Program-made: the position numbers and the translations under genes
The notes under the pieces: model-generated
The model's database searches: none
What the model was told of the DNA's origin: nothing
The model's input: the letters and a program-made list of their open reading frames with translations, nothing else
Assembly: GCA_965217775.1 (NCBI GenBank)
Contig: CBDCJH010000002.1
Coordinates: 2,112,001 to 2,176,000 of the forward strand
Source of the DNA: Acidobacteriota bacterium
GTDB lineage: Bacteria > Acidobacteriota > UBA6911 > RPQK01 > JAJDTT01
Direction: 5' to 3'
Length of the DNA stretch: 64,000 nucleotides
Shown here: positions 48,662-59,150 of the stretch, in pieces
Layout: the number at the start of each line of letters is the position of its first letter
How positions within the stretch are numbered: position 1 is the first letter of the stretch

Positions 48662-48722
48662 GGCGGCGACTTCCTTGTCGCCGATTCCGGGGGGTGTTGG
48701 GGGGCCTGGAAGCCCCCCTCCA
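48662..48722. repeat. REP-like palindromes
   Basis: GGCGACTTCCTTGTCGCC and GGGGGGCCTGGAAGCCCCCC. Confidence 0.65.
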
Positions 48723-48892
48723 AAATCGTCCCGCGAGGGGAGAAGAATACGGGGGTCGTGGCCAGTCTTTCGGAGGTGTCGGTTAGGATAGCGGCCTTGC
48801 AGGAAAAGCCCCGGCAGGCGTATTCTTGACCGTAATTCGTCCACCAGGAGGTGGCGAATCCGCGTAGGTTCTCAGCGCGGGTACATGAGACG

Positions 48893-51800
48893 ATGGCTTT
48901 TTTCAGATCTTCACTTCCGCACATCATAATTTTGGCGACCGTTTTGGCGTCAGGGACGGCAGGCTCGACCGCGAGGCGTCCGGACCCGGCCGTCGAGTTC
49001 AATCGGGACATTCGGCCGATCCTGTCGGACAAGTGCTTCGCTTGTCACGGGCCGGACGAGAACAAGCGCATGAGTCCCTTGCGCCTGGACACGCGGGACG
49101 GCGCTCTGGCCGATCTGGGCGGCCGCTTTGCCATCCTGCCGGGAGACGCGGAGGGGAGCGGCCTCATCAGCCGGGTGAACTCGGCGGACAGCCTGACCCG
49201 AATGCCTCCCAGCTACTCCGGGAAGATCCTCTCGGATCATGAGAAGGAGCTCCTCCGGAACTGGATCGATCAGGGCGCCCACTGGCAGAACCACTGGTCG
49301 TTTCGTCCACCCGAGCGGCCCGAACCGCCGACCATCAGCGACCCGGAGTGGGTCCGGAATCCCATCGACCGATTCGTTCTGGCCCGTCTGGAAGGGACCG
49401 GGTTGAAGCCGTCTCCCGAGGCCGATCCGGCCGCGCTCATCCGCCGGGTCTCGCTGGACCTGACCGGCTTTCCTCCCGAGCGGGAGGACCTGGACCGCTT
49501 TCTGGAGGACCCGACCGACGAGGCGTACGAGCGGGCCGTCGACCGGTTGCTCAACTCGTCCCGCTACGGGGAGCGCATGGCCGTTCGTTGGCTGGACGCC
49601 GCCCGCTATGCCGACACCAACGGCTACCAGACCGACGCCGAGCGCAGCATGTGGCGCTGGCGCGACTGGGTGATCGACGCCTTCAACCGGAATCTCCCCT
49701 TCGACGACTTCACCGTCGAGCAGGTCGCAGGCGACATGCTGCCGGACGCCACGTTGGATCAGCGGATCGCCAGCGCCTTCAATCGCAACCACCGGGGAAA
49801 CGGGGAAGGCGGAATCATTCCCGAGGAATACCGCGTGGAATACGTCGTGGATCGGGTCGAGACCACCTCCACGGTCTGGTTGGGCCTGACCATGGGCTGC
49901 GCTCGCTGCCACGATCACAAGTACGACCCGTTCACCCAACGCGAGTTCTACGAGATGTTCGCCTACTTCAACAACGTCCCGGAGAAGGGACGAGCGTTCA
50001 AGTACGGGAACTCTCCCCCCTACATCTACGCGCCGACGGACGCTCAGCGGCGCCGGTTGCAGGAGTTGGAGGCGGATCTGTCCGAGGCAAAACGGATATT
50101 CGAAGAGCACCGACCCGAGTCGGACCGGCTCCAGAGATCGTGGGAAGAGGCGCTCACGAGCTCGAACCTGGTGAACTGGTCCCTGCGGGACGACCTCGAA
50201 GTCGCCTACTCCCTGGACGGGCACCTGACGGCCGAGACGCCGGGAGTGCATCCTCCCGCCACCCGGCTCCTGGACGGAGTGCCTCACTTCGTGCCGGGTC
50301 CCGTCGGGACGGCGGCCAGCTTCGACGACAAGAGATACGTGGACGCCGGCACGGTGGCCGCGTTCGGCGTGACCGACCGCTTCACCCTGGCGGTATGGGT
50401 CCGGCCCGAGACGTCCGAGGGGGCCATTCTCTCCAAGACCCAGAGTGAGTTCGAGGGAGAGGGTCAGGGCTCTCGCGGCTACGGCCTCTTTTTGCGGGAC
50501 GGGAAACTCCAGTTGAATCTGGTGGTGCGCTGGTTGGATGACTCCCTCCGGGTCGAGACGGTCGAGTCGCTGAAGCCCGGCGAGTGGCGCCACGTGGCCG
50601 CGACCTACGACGCCTCGTTCCAGGCCAAGGGCATCCGGATCTACATCGACGGCAAGCCGGCGCCCATCCGGGTCCTGCTGGACTTCATGAACCAGAACTT
50701 CTACGTCAAGGATCCGTTGCGGATCGGCGCGGCCGGTCCCAAGGAGCGGTTTCGAGGTCAGATCGACGACATCCGCATCTACCGCGGCGTCCTGCCCCCG
50801 GAGCGCGTCGCCGTCCTCGCCACCAGCCGGAGCCTGGACCAGATCGCCAGGATCCCAAGGGCGGAGAGGACTCCGGGACAGACGGAAAAACTGCGCCTCG
50901 GCTTCGTGGATCAGTACGCGCCGGTGGAAATCCGGGACAGTTGGCGGCGGGTTCTGGACCTGGCGGCCGAGCGAAAGAGCCTGATCCTGACCTTTCCCAC
51001 CGTCATGGTGATGCAAGAGCGAACGACTCCCAGGGAGACCTTCATCCTGGACCGGGGAGCCTACGACAGCCCGACCGAGAGGGTCGAGCCCGGCGTGCCC
51101 GCCTTGTTCTCGGGACTCCGCAACGGAGCACCCGCGAATCGGCTGGAATTCGCCCGCTGGCTGGTGGACCCGTCCAATCCGCTTACGGCGCGGGTCACCG
51201 TCAACCGTTTCTGGCAGATGTATTTCGGGCAGGGCCTGGTTCGGACGGCCGAGAATTTCGGCTCTCAGGGAGAGTGGCCCACCCATCCGCTCCTGCTGGA
51301 CTGGCTGGCCACCGAGTTCATGGAGTCAGGCTGGGACGTGAAGGCGCTCCAACGGGCCATCGTCTTGAGCGCCACGTATCGACAGTCCTCTCAATCCACT
51401 CCCGCACTCCGTTCCCGGGACCCGCAGAACCGCCTGCTGGCCCGGGGGCCCCGCTTCCGGCTTCCGGCCGAAGTGATTCGGGACCAGGCTTTGTTCCTGG
51501 CGGGTCTGATGGTGGAGAAACAAGGGGGACCGTCCGTGAAGCCCTATCAGCCGGACGGGCTGTGGGAAGAGCTCACCAGCGGGCAGTTCTACAATCAGAG
51601 CGAGGGAGAAGATCTCTATCGGCGAAGTCTCTACACCTACTGGAAGCGGACGATAGCTCCGCCCTTCATGCTCACCTTCGACGCTTCGGGGCGGGAGGCC
51701 TGCGCGGTACTGGAAACACGGACCAACACGCCGTTGCAGGCCTTGAACCTGATGAACGACGTGACCTACGTGGAGGCCGCCCGTTTTCTGGCTCAGCGGA

Positions 51801-52075
51801 TGATGCTGGAGGGGGGCGCCTCACCCGGGGAACGGATCGGATTTGCCTACCGGTTGGCCACGGGCCGGCAGCCTGACGCCCGGAGAAAGGCGATCCTCCT
51901 GGAGAGCTATCGCCACTATCTGGCCAACTACGAAAAGAATCGAAAGGCGGCGCTCCAACTGGTGATCCAGGGAGAGAGACCCCGAAATCCGGAGTTGGAC
52001 TTGGCGGAGCTGGCCTCGTATACGACGGTGGCCAGTCTGATCCTGAATCTGGACGAGACTATCTCCAAGGAATAA
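48893..52075 (+). CDS. DUF1549/DUF1553 planctomycete cytochrome c protein with a LamG-like domain
   Basis: FNRDIRPILSDKCFACHGPD; CARCHDHKYDP; WRHVAATYD; TNTPLQAL. Confidence 0.92.
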   Translation: MAFFRSSLPHIIILATVLASGTAGSTARRPDPAVEFNRDIRPILSDKCFACHGPDENKRMSPLRLDTRDGALADLGGRFAILPGDAEGSGLISRVNSADSLTRMPPSYSGKILSDHEKELLRNWIDQGAHWQNHWSFRPPERPEPPTISDPEWVRNPIDRFVLARLEGTGLKPSPEADPAALIRRVSLDLTGFPPEREDLDRFLEDPTDEAYERAVDRLLNSSRYGERMAVRWLDAARYADTNGYQTDAERSMWRWRDWVIDAFNRNLPFDDFTVEQVAGDMLPDATLDQRIASAFNRNHRGNGEGGIIPEEYRVEYVVDRVETTSTVWLGLTMGCARCHDHKYDPFTQREFYEMFAYFNNVPEKGRAFKYGNSPPYIYAPTDAQRRRLQELEADLSEAKRIFEEHRPESDRLQRSWEEALTSSNLVNWSLRDDLEVAYSLDGHLTAETPGVHPPATRLLDGVPHFVPGPVGTAASFDDKRYVDAGTVAAFGVTDRFTLAVWVRPETSEGAILSKTQSEFEGEGQGSRGYGLFLRDGKLQLNLVVRWLDDSLRVETVESLKPGEWRHVAATYDASFQAKGIRIYIDGKPAPIRVLLDFMNQNFYVKDPLRIGAAGPKERFRGQIDDIRIYRGVLPPERVAVLATSRSLDQIARIPRAERTPGQTEKLRLGFVDQYAPVEIRDSWRRVLDLAAERKSLILTFPTVMVMQERTTPRETFILDRGAYDSPTERVEPGVPALFSGLRNGAPANRLEFARWLVDPSNPLTARVTVNRFWQMYFGQGLVRTAENFGSQGEWPTHPLLLDWLATEFMESGWDVKALQRAIVLSATYRQSSQSTPALRSRDPQNRLLARGPRFRLPAEVIRDQALFLAGLMVEKQGGPSVKPYQPDGLWEELTSGQFYNQSEGEDLYRRSLYTYWKRTIAPPFMLTFDASGREACAVLETRTNTPLQALNLMNDVTYVEAARFLAQRMMLEGGASPGERIGFAYRLATGRQPDARRKAILLESYRHYLANYEKNRKAALQLVIQGERPRNPELDLAELASYTTVASLILNLDETISKE

Positions 52076-52078
52076 GAC

Positions 52079-53554
52079 ATGGATCCACGACCTGAAATGG
52101 GCCTGCTACTGACCCGGCGTCATTTCTTCGGGCTCGGCAGCACAGGGATCGGGACGGCGGCTCTGGCGACGCTCCTGAATCGGGACCTGGGCGCTGCGGG
52201 TCTGGGACGGTCCCCCTCCTCCGGGGACACGACGCGCGGGCTGCCCGGCTATCCCCATTACGCCCCGACGGCCAAACGGGTCATCTACCTGTTCCAGTCG
52301 GGCGCCCCCTCGCAGATGGAGCTTTTCGACTACAAGCCGGGACTGCAGGAGCTGCGCGGAACGGAGCTTCCCGACTCCATCCGCAAGGGGCAGCGCCTGA
52401 CCGGCATGACGGCCGCCCAGTCCAGCTTCCCGGTGGCTCCCACGCTGTTCAATTTCAGCCAGCATGGCCAGTCGGGGGCCTGGGTCAGCGAACTCATGCC
52501 GCACACCGCCGGAATCGTCGACGACATCAGCTTCGTGAAATCGATGCACACCGAGGCCATCAATCACGACCCGGCGGTCACCTTCTTCCAGACCGGAGCC
52601 CAGTTGGCCGGCCGGCCCAGCATCGGTTCCTGGATCTCCTACGGCCTGGGCAGCGACACCGAGGACCTGCCGTCGTTCGTGGTCATGGTCTCCATGGGAA
52701 CGGGTGCGCCCGGCGGTCAACCGCTTTACGACCGGCTCTGGGGCAGCGGCTTCCTACCGACCCGCTACCAGGGAGTGAAGTTCCGATCCGTGGGAGACCC
52801 GGTCCTGTACCTCTCCAATCCACCCGGCCTGAATCGGACCGGCCGCCGGCGTTTTCTGGACGATCTGGGCCGCCTCAACCAGCTCAAGGCCGAGGAATAC
52901 CAGGACCCGGAGATCAACACGCGGATCTCCCAGTACGAGATGGCCTATCGAATGCAGGCGTCGGTTCCGGATCTGACCGATCTCTCGGACGAGCCGGAGC
53001 AGATTTTCGAACTGTACGGCCCGGAGTCCCGGAAACCGGGCACCTTCGCGGCCAACTGCCTGCTGGCCCGGCGTCTGGCCGAGCGCGGCACCCGGTTCAT
53101 CCAGCTCTTTCACCGGGGCTGGGATCAACACACCCGCCTTCCCAAGCAGATCCGGGGACAGTGCTACGATACGGACCAGCCGTCGGCCGCCCTGGTTCAG
53201 GACCTCAAGGAGCGAGGGCTGCTGGAGGACACCCTGGTCATCTGGGGAGGAGAGTTCGGACGAACCGTCTACTCCCAGGGGCGTCTCACCGAGGACGACT
53301 ACGGACGGGACCACCATCCCCGCTGCTTCACCATCTGGTTGGCCGGAGGCGGCATCCAGCCGGGAGTCGTCTATGGAGAGACCGACGACTTCTGCTACAA
53401 CATCACTCGGGACCCGGTCCACGTCCACGATCTGCAGGCCACCATCCTCCACTGCCTGGGAATCGACCACACCCGCCTGACCTACAAGTACCAGGGCCGG
53501 GACTTCAGGCTCACCGACGTTCATGGCAACCCGGTGAAGCCGATCCTCTCCTGA
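52079..53554 (+). CDS. DUF1501 domain protein
   Basis: TRRHFF; [11 protein letters not shown]; WGGEFGRT; GRDHHP. Confidence 0.93.
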   Translation: MDPRPEMGLLLTRRHFFGLGSTGIGTAALATLLNRDLGAAGLGRSPSSGDTTRGLPGYPHYAPTAKRVIYLFQSGAPSQMELFDYKPGLQELRGTELPDSIRKGQRLTGMTAAQSSFPVAPTLFNFSQHGQSGAWVSELMPHTAGIVDDISFVKSMHTEAINHDPAVTFFQTGAQLAGRPSIGSWISYGLGSDTEDLPSFVVMVSMGTGAPGGQPLYDRLWGSGFLPTRYQGVKFRSVGDPVLYLSNPPGLNRTGRRRFLDDLGRLNQLKAEEYQDPEINTRISQYEMAYRMQASVPDLTDLSDEPEQIFELYGPESRKPGTFAANCLLARRLAERGTRFIQLFHRGWDQHTRLPKQIRGQCYDTDQPSAALVQDLKERGLLEDTLVIWGGEFGRTVYSQGRLTEDDYGRDHHPRCFTIWLAGGGIQPGVVYGETDDFCYNITRDPVHVHDLQATILHCLGIDHTRLTYKYQGRDFRLTDVHGNPVKPILS

Positions 53555-53588
53555 CCCGTTTTTCATCTCCCCAGAAAGGAGTCATGGC

Positions 53589-54827
53589 ATGGGCACCTTG
53601 CTCACGGTGGCCGCGCTCACGCTGATCATTTCGGGAATGTGCTCGCTCTTCGAGGCGACCCTTTACTCGACCACGGTTCCCACTCTGGAGGCGGCCCAGG
53701 CCAAGGGTCCGAGACGCCAACTGGCGCGGCGTTTCCTGACCATGAAGACGGCCATCGCCCGCCCCACCTCCGCCATCCTGATCCTGAACACCCTCGCCAA
53801 TACGGGAGGCGCCACCATCGCCGGCATGTACGCCGCCCAGGTCCTGGGCGTGTCCTGGGTACCGGTCTTCTCAGGGGGCCTGACCCTGGCTATTCTGCTG
53901 CTGTCGGAGATCCTGCCCAAGACCTACGGCGCCGTTCATTGGCGCCGTCTCTGGCCCTTCATCGTCTGGCCGCTGGCCAGCATGGAGAAACTCTTCTATC
54001 CGGTCATCCGGTCTTTGGAGGGGCTGACCCGGCTCCTGACCCGGGGGACCCCGGTGGGCCAACCGACCGAGGGGGAGATTCTCTCCATGATCCGGTTGGG
54101 AGCCCGCTCGGGAGAGTTGAGCGCCACCGAACTGCAACTGCTGAACTCCGTCTTTCGCTTCGACGAGATGGTCTGCCGCCAAGCGATGGTGCCGCGCCGC
54201 GAGGTCGCCTTTCTGAGGATGGACGACACTTTGGACAAGGCCCTGGCATTGGCCCGTCAGACCCGGCACTCGCGTTATCCCCTATGCCGGACCTCCCTGG
54301 ACGACGCCACAGCGCTGATCCACGTCAAGGATCTTCTCAACGTCTCCCGGGACCTGAACCCGGATCTGGTTTCCCTGGCCCGATCGTTCCCGGCGATCCC
54401 GGAAACCCTGTCCTTGAGCCGGCTGTTGCGGCGCATGCAGGCTGAGCATTTGCACATGGCTCTGGTGGTGGACGAGCACGGAACCGCGGTGGGGGTCATC
54501 ACCCTCGAGAACGTGCTGGAGGAACTGGTGGGAGCGGTCCAGGACGAGTTCGACCGGGAGGCGCCGGACATCGTGCCCGACGGCGCGGATCGTTTCCGGG
54601 TCAGGGGGCAGATCTCTCTGGGCTGGCTCAATCAGGAGCTGGAGCTGGAGTTGGAGGCTCCGCATGTCGACACCCTCTCGGGTCTGATCGTGAGCCATCT
54701 GGGCCGCCTGCCCGCAAGAGGCGACGCGTTGGAGCTGGAACAGGTCACCTTCCGGGTGCTGGAGGTCAAGCAAGGACTGGCGTCCCAGGTCCGGCTTCAG
54801 ATAAAGCCGAAGGCCCCGGACCGGTGA
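53589..54827 (+). CDS. Hemolysin-family CNNM/CBS/CorC protein
   Basis: CSLFEA; EILPK; HSRYP; VVDEHG; LEELVG. Confidence 0.9.
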   Translation: MGTLLTVAALTLIISGMCSLFEATLYSTTVPTLEAAQAKGPRRQLARRFLTMKTAIARPTSAILILNTLANTGGATIAGMYAAQVLGVSWVPVFSGGLTLAILLLSEILPKTYGAVHWRRLWPFIVWPLASMEKLFYPVIRSLEGLTRLLTRGTPVGQPTEGEILSMIRLGARSGELSATELQLLNSVFRFDEMVCRQAMVPRREVAFLRMDDTLDKALALARQTRHSRYPLCRTSLDDATALIHVKDLLNVSRDLNPDLVSLARSFPAIPETLSLSRLLRRMQAEHLHMALVVDEHGTAVGVITLENVLEELVGAVQDEFDREAPDIVPDGADRFRVRGQISLGWLNQELELELEAPHVDTLSGLIVSHLGRLPARGDALELEQVTFRVLEVKQGLASQVRLQIKPKAPDR

Positions 54828-55582
54828 TGGCGGGCGTGATACATTCAATTCGTTCCCGGCTCATTCTGATCCTGCTCTTCCTCGTTGCCACCAACGGGGC
54901 TGCGTGCATCCTGCACTCCGGCCAACAGTATCGCCATTTCGCCACACCCACACCGATCAAGCAGGACGACACCCTGATCCTGGGTTTCATGGGCGGCCGC
55001 GACGCCTGGAACAACACCAACGTCGGCGTGGGCCGGATCGCCCGGCGTCTCCGTCAACGAAATCTTTCGGGAGTGCACGTCGAGACGGTCGAGAACCAGA
55101 AGCGGGATCTGGCCCTGCGCCTCGTCCGTGAGGCCTTGGACGCGAACCGCGACGGACGGCTCGAGTCCGAGGAACGCATCCAGGCGCGAATCGTGGTTTA
55201 CGGACAGAGCTTCGGCGGGGCCGCCGTCGTCAAGTTTGCCCGCCAGCTCGACGCGCTGGGGATCCCGATCCTGCTGACCATCCAGGTGGACAGTGTCGGG
55301 CGCGGCGACGCGATGATTCCCCCCAACGTCCGCGCCGCGGCCAACATCTACCAGGACAACGGACGCCTGATCCGGGGAGAGGCGCCGATCCGAGCCGTGG
55401 ATCCAACCCGGACCAAGATTCTCGGCAATTTCCGCTTCGACTACGCGGACAGCCCCATCGACGTGTCCGATCTCCCCTGGTACAAAACCCTGGCCCGCAT
55501 CGCCCACGCCAAAATGGATCGCGATCCCAAGGTATGGAACAAGGTGAAGAAGCTAATCCTTGAGGGCCTGAAAGGGCCTTGA
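54824..55582 (+). CDS. Hypothetical exported alpha/beta-hydrolase-like protein
   Basis: N-terminal hydrophobic segment; YGQSFGG nucleophile-elbow-like motif. Confidence 0.6.
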   Translation: MMAGVIHSIRSRLILILLFLVATNGAACILHSGQQYRHFATPTPIKQDDTLILGFMGGRDAWNNTNVGVGRIARRLRQRNLSGVHVETVENQKRDLALRLVREALDANRDGRLESEERIQARIVVYGQSFGGAAVVKFARQLDALGIPILLTIQVDSVGRGDAMIPPNVRAAANIYQDNGRLIRGEAPIRAVDPTRTKILGNFRFDYADSPIDVSDLPWYKTLARIAHAKMDRDPKVWNKVKKLILEGLKGP

Positions 55583-55729
55583 ATTGAAGGAACTGCCTCA
55601 CCGCGCGGCGACTCGCCGAAGCCACGAGAAAAACCCGTACTTGGTCTCCGCCGGCACGTGTGATGAAACCGCCGCCGGTTTTCCGTCTTCCGTTTGGAAT
55701 TTGTGATTTGGAATTTGTCCGAGTTGGGG

Positions 55730-55802
55730 TGGGCCGTGCTGGGATCGAACCAGCGACCCTCTGCTTAAAAGGCAGATGCTCTACCGACTGAGCTAACGGC
55801 CC
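55730..55802 (-). tRNA. tRNA-Lys (TTT), CCA not encoded
   Basis: GGGCCGTTAGCTCAGTCGGTAGAGCATCTGCCTTTTAAGCAGAGGGTCGCTGGTTCGATCCCAGCACGGCCCA folds as a cloverleaf. Confidence 0.95.
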
Positions 55803-55919
55803 ACAATTGGACGCCGGAAGCACGCATCAAGATCGGGCTGGGGTTTCCGGCGAGCGTCAGTCTAGCAGATTCCCCGCGATTCGAGCCATGGAAGGTCAAG
55901 GGCCAAAGTGAACACTAAT

Positions 55920-55937
55920 TATGACTGGTCATATAAT
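55920..55937 (+). promoter_or_regulatory. Operator TATGAC-TG-GTCATA overlapping a TATAAT -10 box
   Basis: Palindrome about 30 nt upstream of the Phd antitoxin start. Confidence 0.55.
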
Positions 55938-55963
55938 ATGTCCAATTTAGAGGAATCCGTACG

Positions 55964-56188
55964 ATGAAGACGATTGGAGCTGCAAAATTCAAAGAGCAGT
56001 GCTTGGCCCTGTTGGATCGGCTTGATGCAGAGGGCTTGATCGTCACCAAGCATGGCAAGCCGGTCGCACGCGTCCTCCCCTTCGATCAGGATTGCGCCGA
56101 CTTGATCGGCAGCCTGAAAAACAAGATTGAGATCCGGGGCGATATCCTGACGACTGGCGTCCGCTGGAACGCAGATGCTCAATCTTGA
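55964..56188 (+). CDS. Phd/YefM family antitoxin
   Basis: IGAAKFKEQCLALLD...IVTKHGKPVARV. Confidence 0.88.
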   Translation: MKTIGAAKFKEQCLALLDRLDAEGLIVTKHGKPVARVLPFDQDCADLIGSLKNKIEIRGDILTTGVRWNADAQS

Positions 56189-56699
56189 CAGCCCGTGGTA
56201 AAAGTCGTCACGGCATTCGACCGTCCCTGCATCCCGGCGGACTGCGTTGCGACTCGGTCACATACTCCCGGTATGCTCCCTCATCGCGCCTTGTCCGGCG
56301 GGTGCAGGACCGGTCTCGGTGCTCGCGAGACTTTCACCACGGACTGTTGATACTCACATTCTGGTCCGTGCCCTCGCTGGTGAACTCCGCCCGTCCGAGC
56401 GGATCCTTCTGACACGGAACCGAGGGTCAGTTTCCGACATCGTGTTATGGGAGTTGGCCAAACTCGTTCAACTGGGCCGGGCGGAACTCGACCTCGCCGA
56501 CCGTGAAGTAGTGCGCACCTTGAATCGCGTGCAGATATGGCCGATCGACCTCGCTGTCGCCATCGCGTGCACCCGCCTCGATTTCAAGGGCGATCCCGCG
56601 GACGAGCTTATTGCCGCGACCAGCATCGTCCACAACGTACCGCTCCTCACCCGGGACCGGGCCATCCTGGGCTCGAGGATCGTCCCCTTGGCGTCGTAG
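56175..56699 (+). pseudogene. vapC: VapC/PIN toxin disrupted by a MITE
   Basis: Removing 56189-56350 restores MLNLDTHILVRAL...WELA...DPADELIAATS..LLTRD. Confidence 0.88.
56189..56346 (+). mobile_element. 158-bp MITE, copy A, TTGA target duplication
   Basis: Imperfect TIRs CAGCCCGTGGTAAAAGTC / GACTTTCACCACGGACTG; TTGA on both sides. Confidence 0.9.
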
Positions 56700-56920
56700 G
56701 TCAGAACGCGGACCCAGCCGGAAGAAACGATTCCGCTGCCGATTTCTTGGGGGAAGTCCTGCTCGTCGATTTCGGAACTGGGCGCCCCCAAGACGATCTC
56801 CACTCGACATTGGGTCCGAAGTGAACCCTGTATCACGTTCGTTCATCGAACCAATCGAAAGCCGTGTTCTTTCAAATTCGGAAACAAGTCCGGTTATTTA
56901 GAATCCGCTCCTTCAGATCC

Positions 56921-58423
56921 ATGAGGTTGCAACGGCGGATTCTCCCGGCGTGTCTGACGGCGCTCTGGCCGGTATGGTTGTGGACGATCTACGCTCAGGA
57001 TCAGATTCCCAGCTTCCGAGCCGAATCGGACGTGGTGCTCGTGGACGTCATCGTCACTGACCGGAAGGGCAAATTCATAGCCGATCTGACCCCCGAAGAG
57101 ATCCAGGTGTTCGAGGATGGAAAGCCTCAGGACATCCGATACTTTCGAATCAGTCGACGGGGGTCTGCGGGAAAGGAATCCTGCGTCGAACTTCCGGCGT
57201 TGACGGGCGCCTATTATGCCTTCCTCGTCGATCTCCAGACCCTGACCCTGGACACGGTGGAGAGGACCAAGGAATCCATTCGAGAGTTCTTGCGTTCGGA
57301 GATCAATCCCCGCGACCGGTTCATGCTGGCTGCCGTCGGCCCCAAATTTCGAGTGGTTCAACCATTTACCCGGGACCGCAACAAGCTGGAGGAAGCCTTG
57401 GACGAGATTGCCTTCTATCCCTGGTTACCTCCAGCGCTCACGCCTCTGCAGGTACTCCATCTGGTCACCGGGCAAGCGAAGCTGTCGTGCCGGACACTCT
57501 CGTCTCTCTCCCGGCACCTGGGCTTCCTGCCGAACCGCAAGCACATACTCTATTTCTCCCGGGGGTACAAGCTGAGAATGTCGGCCTTGGCGAGTGTGTC
57601 CCGACGAGCTCCCAAAGTCACCGTCTCTCTGACGAAAGATCTTCTCTCCGTGGTCGATCAGGCCAATCGCAACCAGGTGACCGTCCACAGCATCGATCCA
57701 CGAGGACTGATGGCGGTTCCGTCCGGGTTCATCGCTTCCGCCGGGATCGTGGACCCGGAGTCCACCCACGAGTTCCTTGCAATACTTTCGAAGGACACGG
57801 GAGGACTTCTCGCAACCAGAGAGAACGATCTGCTGGTCCCGATTCGAGAGGCCTACCAGGACGGCCGGGAATTTTATCTCCTGGGGTACGTTCCGAATAC
57901 CAAGAAGAAGGTCGGCGAGTTCCATGAGATCACGGTCAGGGTGAAACGGGAAGGCCTACGGCTCCGGTACCGCAAGGGATACGTGGACCGGGACCCGCAG
58001 GCTTCTGCCGAGTCCGAGTTGTCGAATGCATTCAAGTTTCCGGACCTGTACAAGGAATTTTCCTTCGACCTCGATGTCGTCCAGAAGGGTGGAAAGCTCG
58101 CCGTACGCGCCCGGATCCCCACCAAAGCGCTTCACTTTACTCCCGAGGGAGAAAACAACCGTTGTGTCCTGGAAATCTTCGGAGTCGTCTTCGACCAGTT
58201 CGACGAACCCACGGAGAAGGAGTTTTTCCTGGCCAAGAGCATTGATCTCGATTTCGACACCAAGAGTCTGGAGGCTTTCCGCCGCTATGAGAGCCTGGGA
58301 CCCTGGATGGAGAAGAATTCTCCTGAGAATGGCAGCTATCTCGTGGTGGTTCTCCGGCAGAAACGCACCGGAGAACTTGCTGCGGCCAAGGCCGATCTGG
58401 AAGGGAGCGAGCGCTCCGACTGA
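56921..58423 (+). CDS. VWA domain protein (acidobacterial VWFA-related type)
   Basis: FRAESDVVLVDVIVTDRKG...VFEDGKPQ; RKHILYFS.G; IDPRGL; DTGG; YLLGY; RYRKGY. Confidence 0.88.
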   Translation: MRLQRRILPACLTALWPVWLWTIYAQDQIPSFRAESDVVLVDVIVTDRKGKFIADLTPEEIQVFEDGKPQDIRYFRISRRGSAGKESCVELPALTGAYYAFLVDLQTLTLDTVERTKESIREFLRSEINPRDRFMLAAVGPKFRVVQPFTRDRNKLEEALDEIAFYPWLPPALTPLQVLHLVTGQAKLSCRTLSSLSRHLGFLPNRKHILYFSRGYKLRMSALASVSRRAPKVTVSLTKDLLSVVDQANRNQVTVHSIDPRGLMAVPSGFIASAGIVDPESTHEFLAILSKDTGGLLATRENDLLVPIREAYQDGREFYLLGYVPNTKKKVGEFHEITVRVKREGLRLRYRKGYVDRDPQASAESELSNAFKFPDLYKEFSFDLDVVQKGGKLAVRARIPTKALHFTPEGENNRCVLEIFGVVFDQFDEPTEKEFFLAKSIDLDFDTKSLEAFRRYESLGPWMEKNSPENGSYLVVVLRQKRTGELAAAKADLEGSERSD

Positions 58424-58532
58424 GGCACCCCACCGACGGCAAAGTCGCAGATCAGGGAATCCCGAGGGTCAAAAGATTCGACAAATAGAATCGGTCGAAT
58501 CTTCCAAAGAATTGATGACAATTGTACAAAGT

Positions 58533-58638
58533 ATGGATTGCGCGGTACGGTGCCGCGCTCCCCTATTGACATTGGATCGGTCACTGAGGCGCGCCGCAGA
58601 AGAACTCGCCATCAAGGTCTTAGTTCCAGAGGACTACA
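58533..58638 (+). pseudogene. C-terminal remnant of a PIN toxin
   Basis: DCAVRCRAPLLTLDRSLRRAAEELAIKVL directly upstream of an antitoxin. Confidence 0.6.
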
Positions 58639-58881
58639 ATGGAGATCTATTCCTACTCGGAAGCCAGACAGAAACTTGCCAGTGTATTGGACGAGGCGGA
58701 TTCAACAGGCAAGGTGTTCATCCGTCGAAGAGACGGCAGGACCTATGCTCTGGTTCCGGAGGGAATCCCCACGTCACCCTTGGACGTTCCCTCGATCAGT
58801 GCAGATATTTCTACCCAGGAGATCGTCTCACTGATCAGACACGAGCGAGGCAGATCGAGAGGTTTGAAGAGGCTCGGCTGA
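58639..58881 (+). CDS. Phd/YefM-like antitoxin
   Basis: YSYSEARQKLASVLDEA...VFIRRRDG. Confidence 0.8.
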   Translation: MEIYSYSEARQKLASVLDEADSTGKVFIRRRDGRTYALVPEGIPTSPLDVPSISADISTQEIVSLIRHERGRSRGLKRLG

Positions 58882-58976
58882 CCTCAGCCACTACGTCTGG
58901 AGACGCAGTGCGACAAGCAACGTCGGAGGGATGTCGCTTCACACGCAACGACCCGGTGCAACCTGCCGGTTCGAAC

Positions 58977-59066
<90 letters not shown>

Positions 59067-59150
59067 GATCATGGAAATTCAAGCCGTGAATTTTACTTCC
59101 TGGGTGGGTCCGGAACAAGGCCGCGTCCCGGCGGGAGCCTGGTCGAGGCC

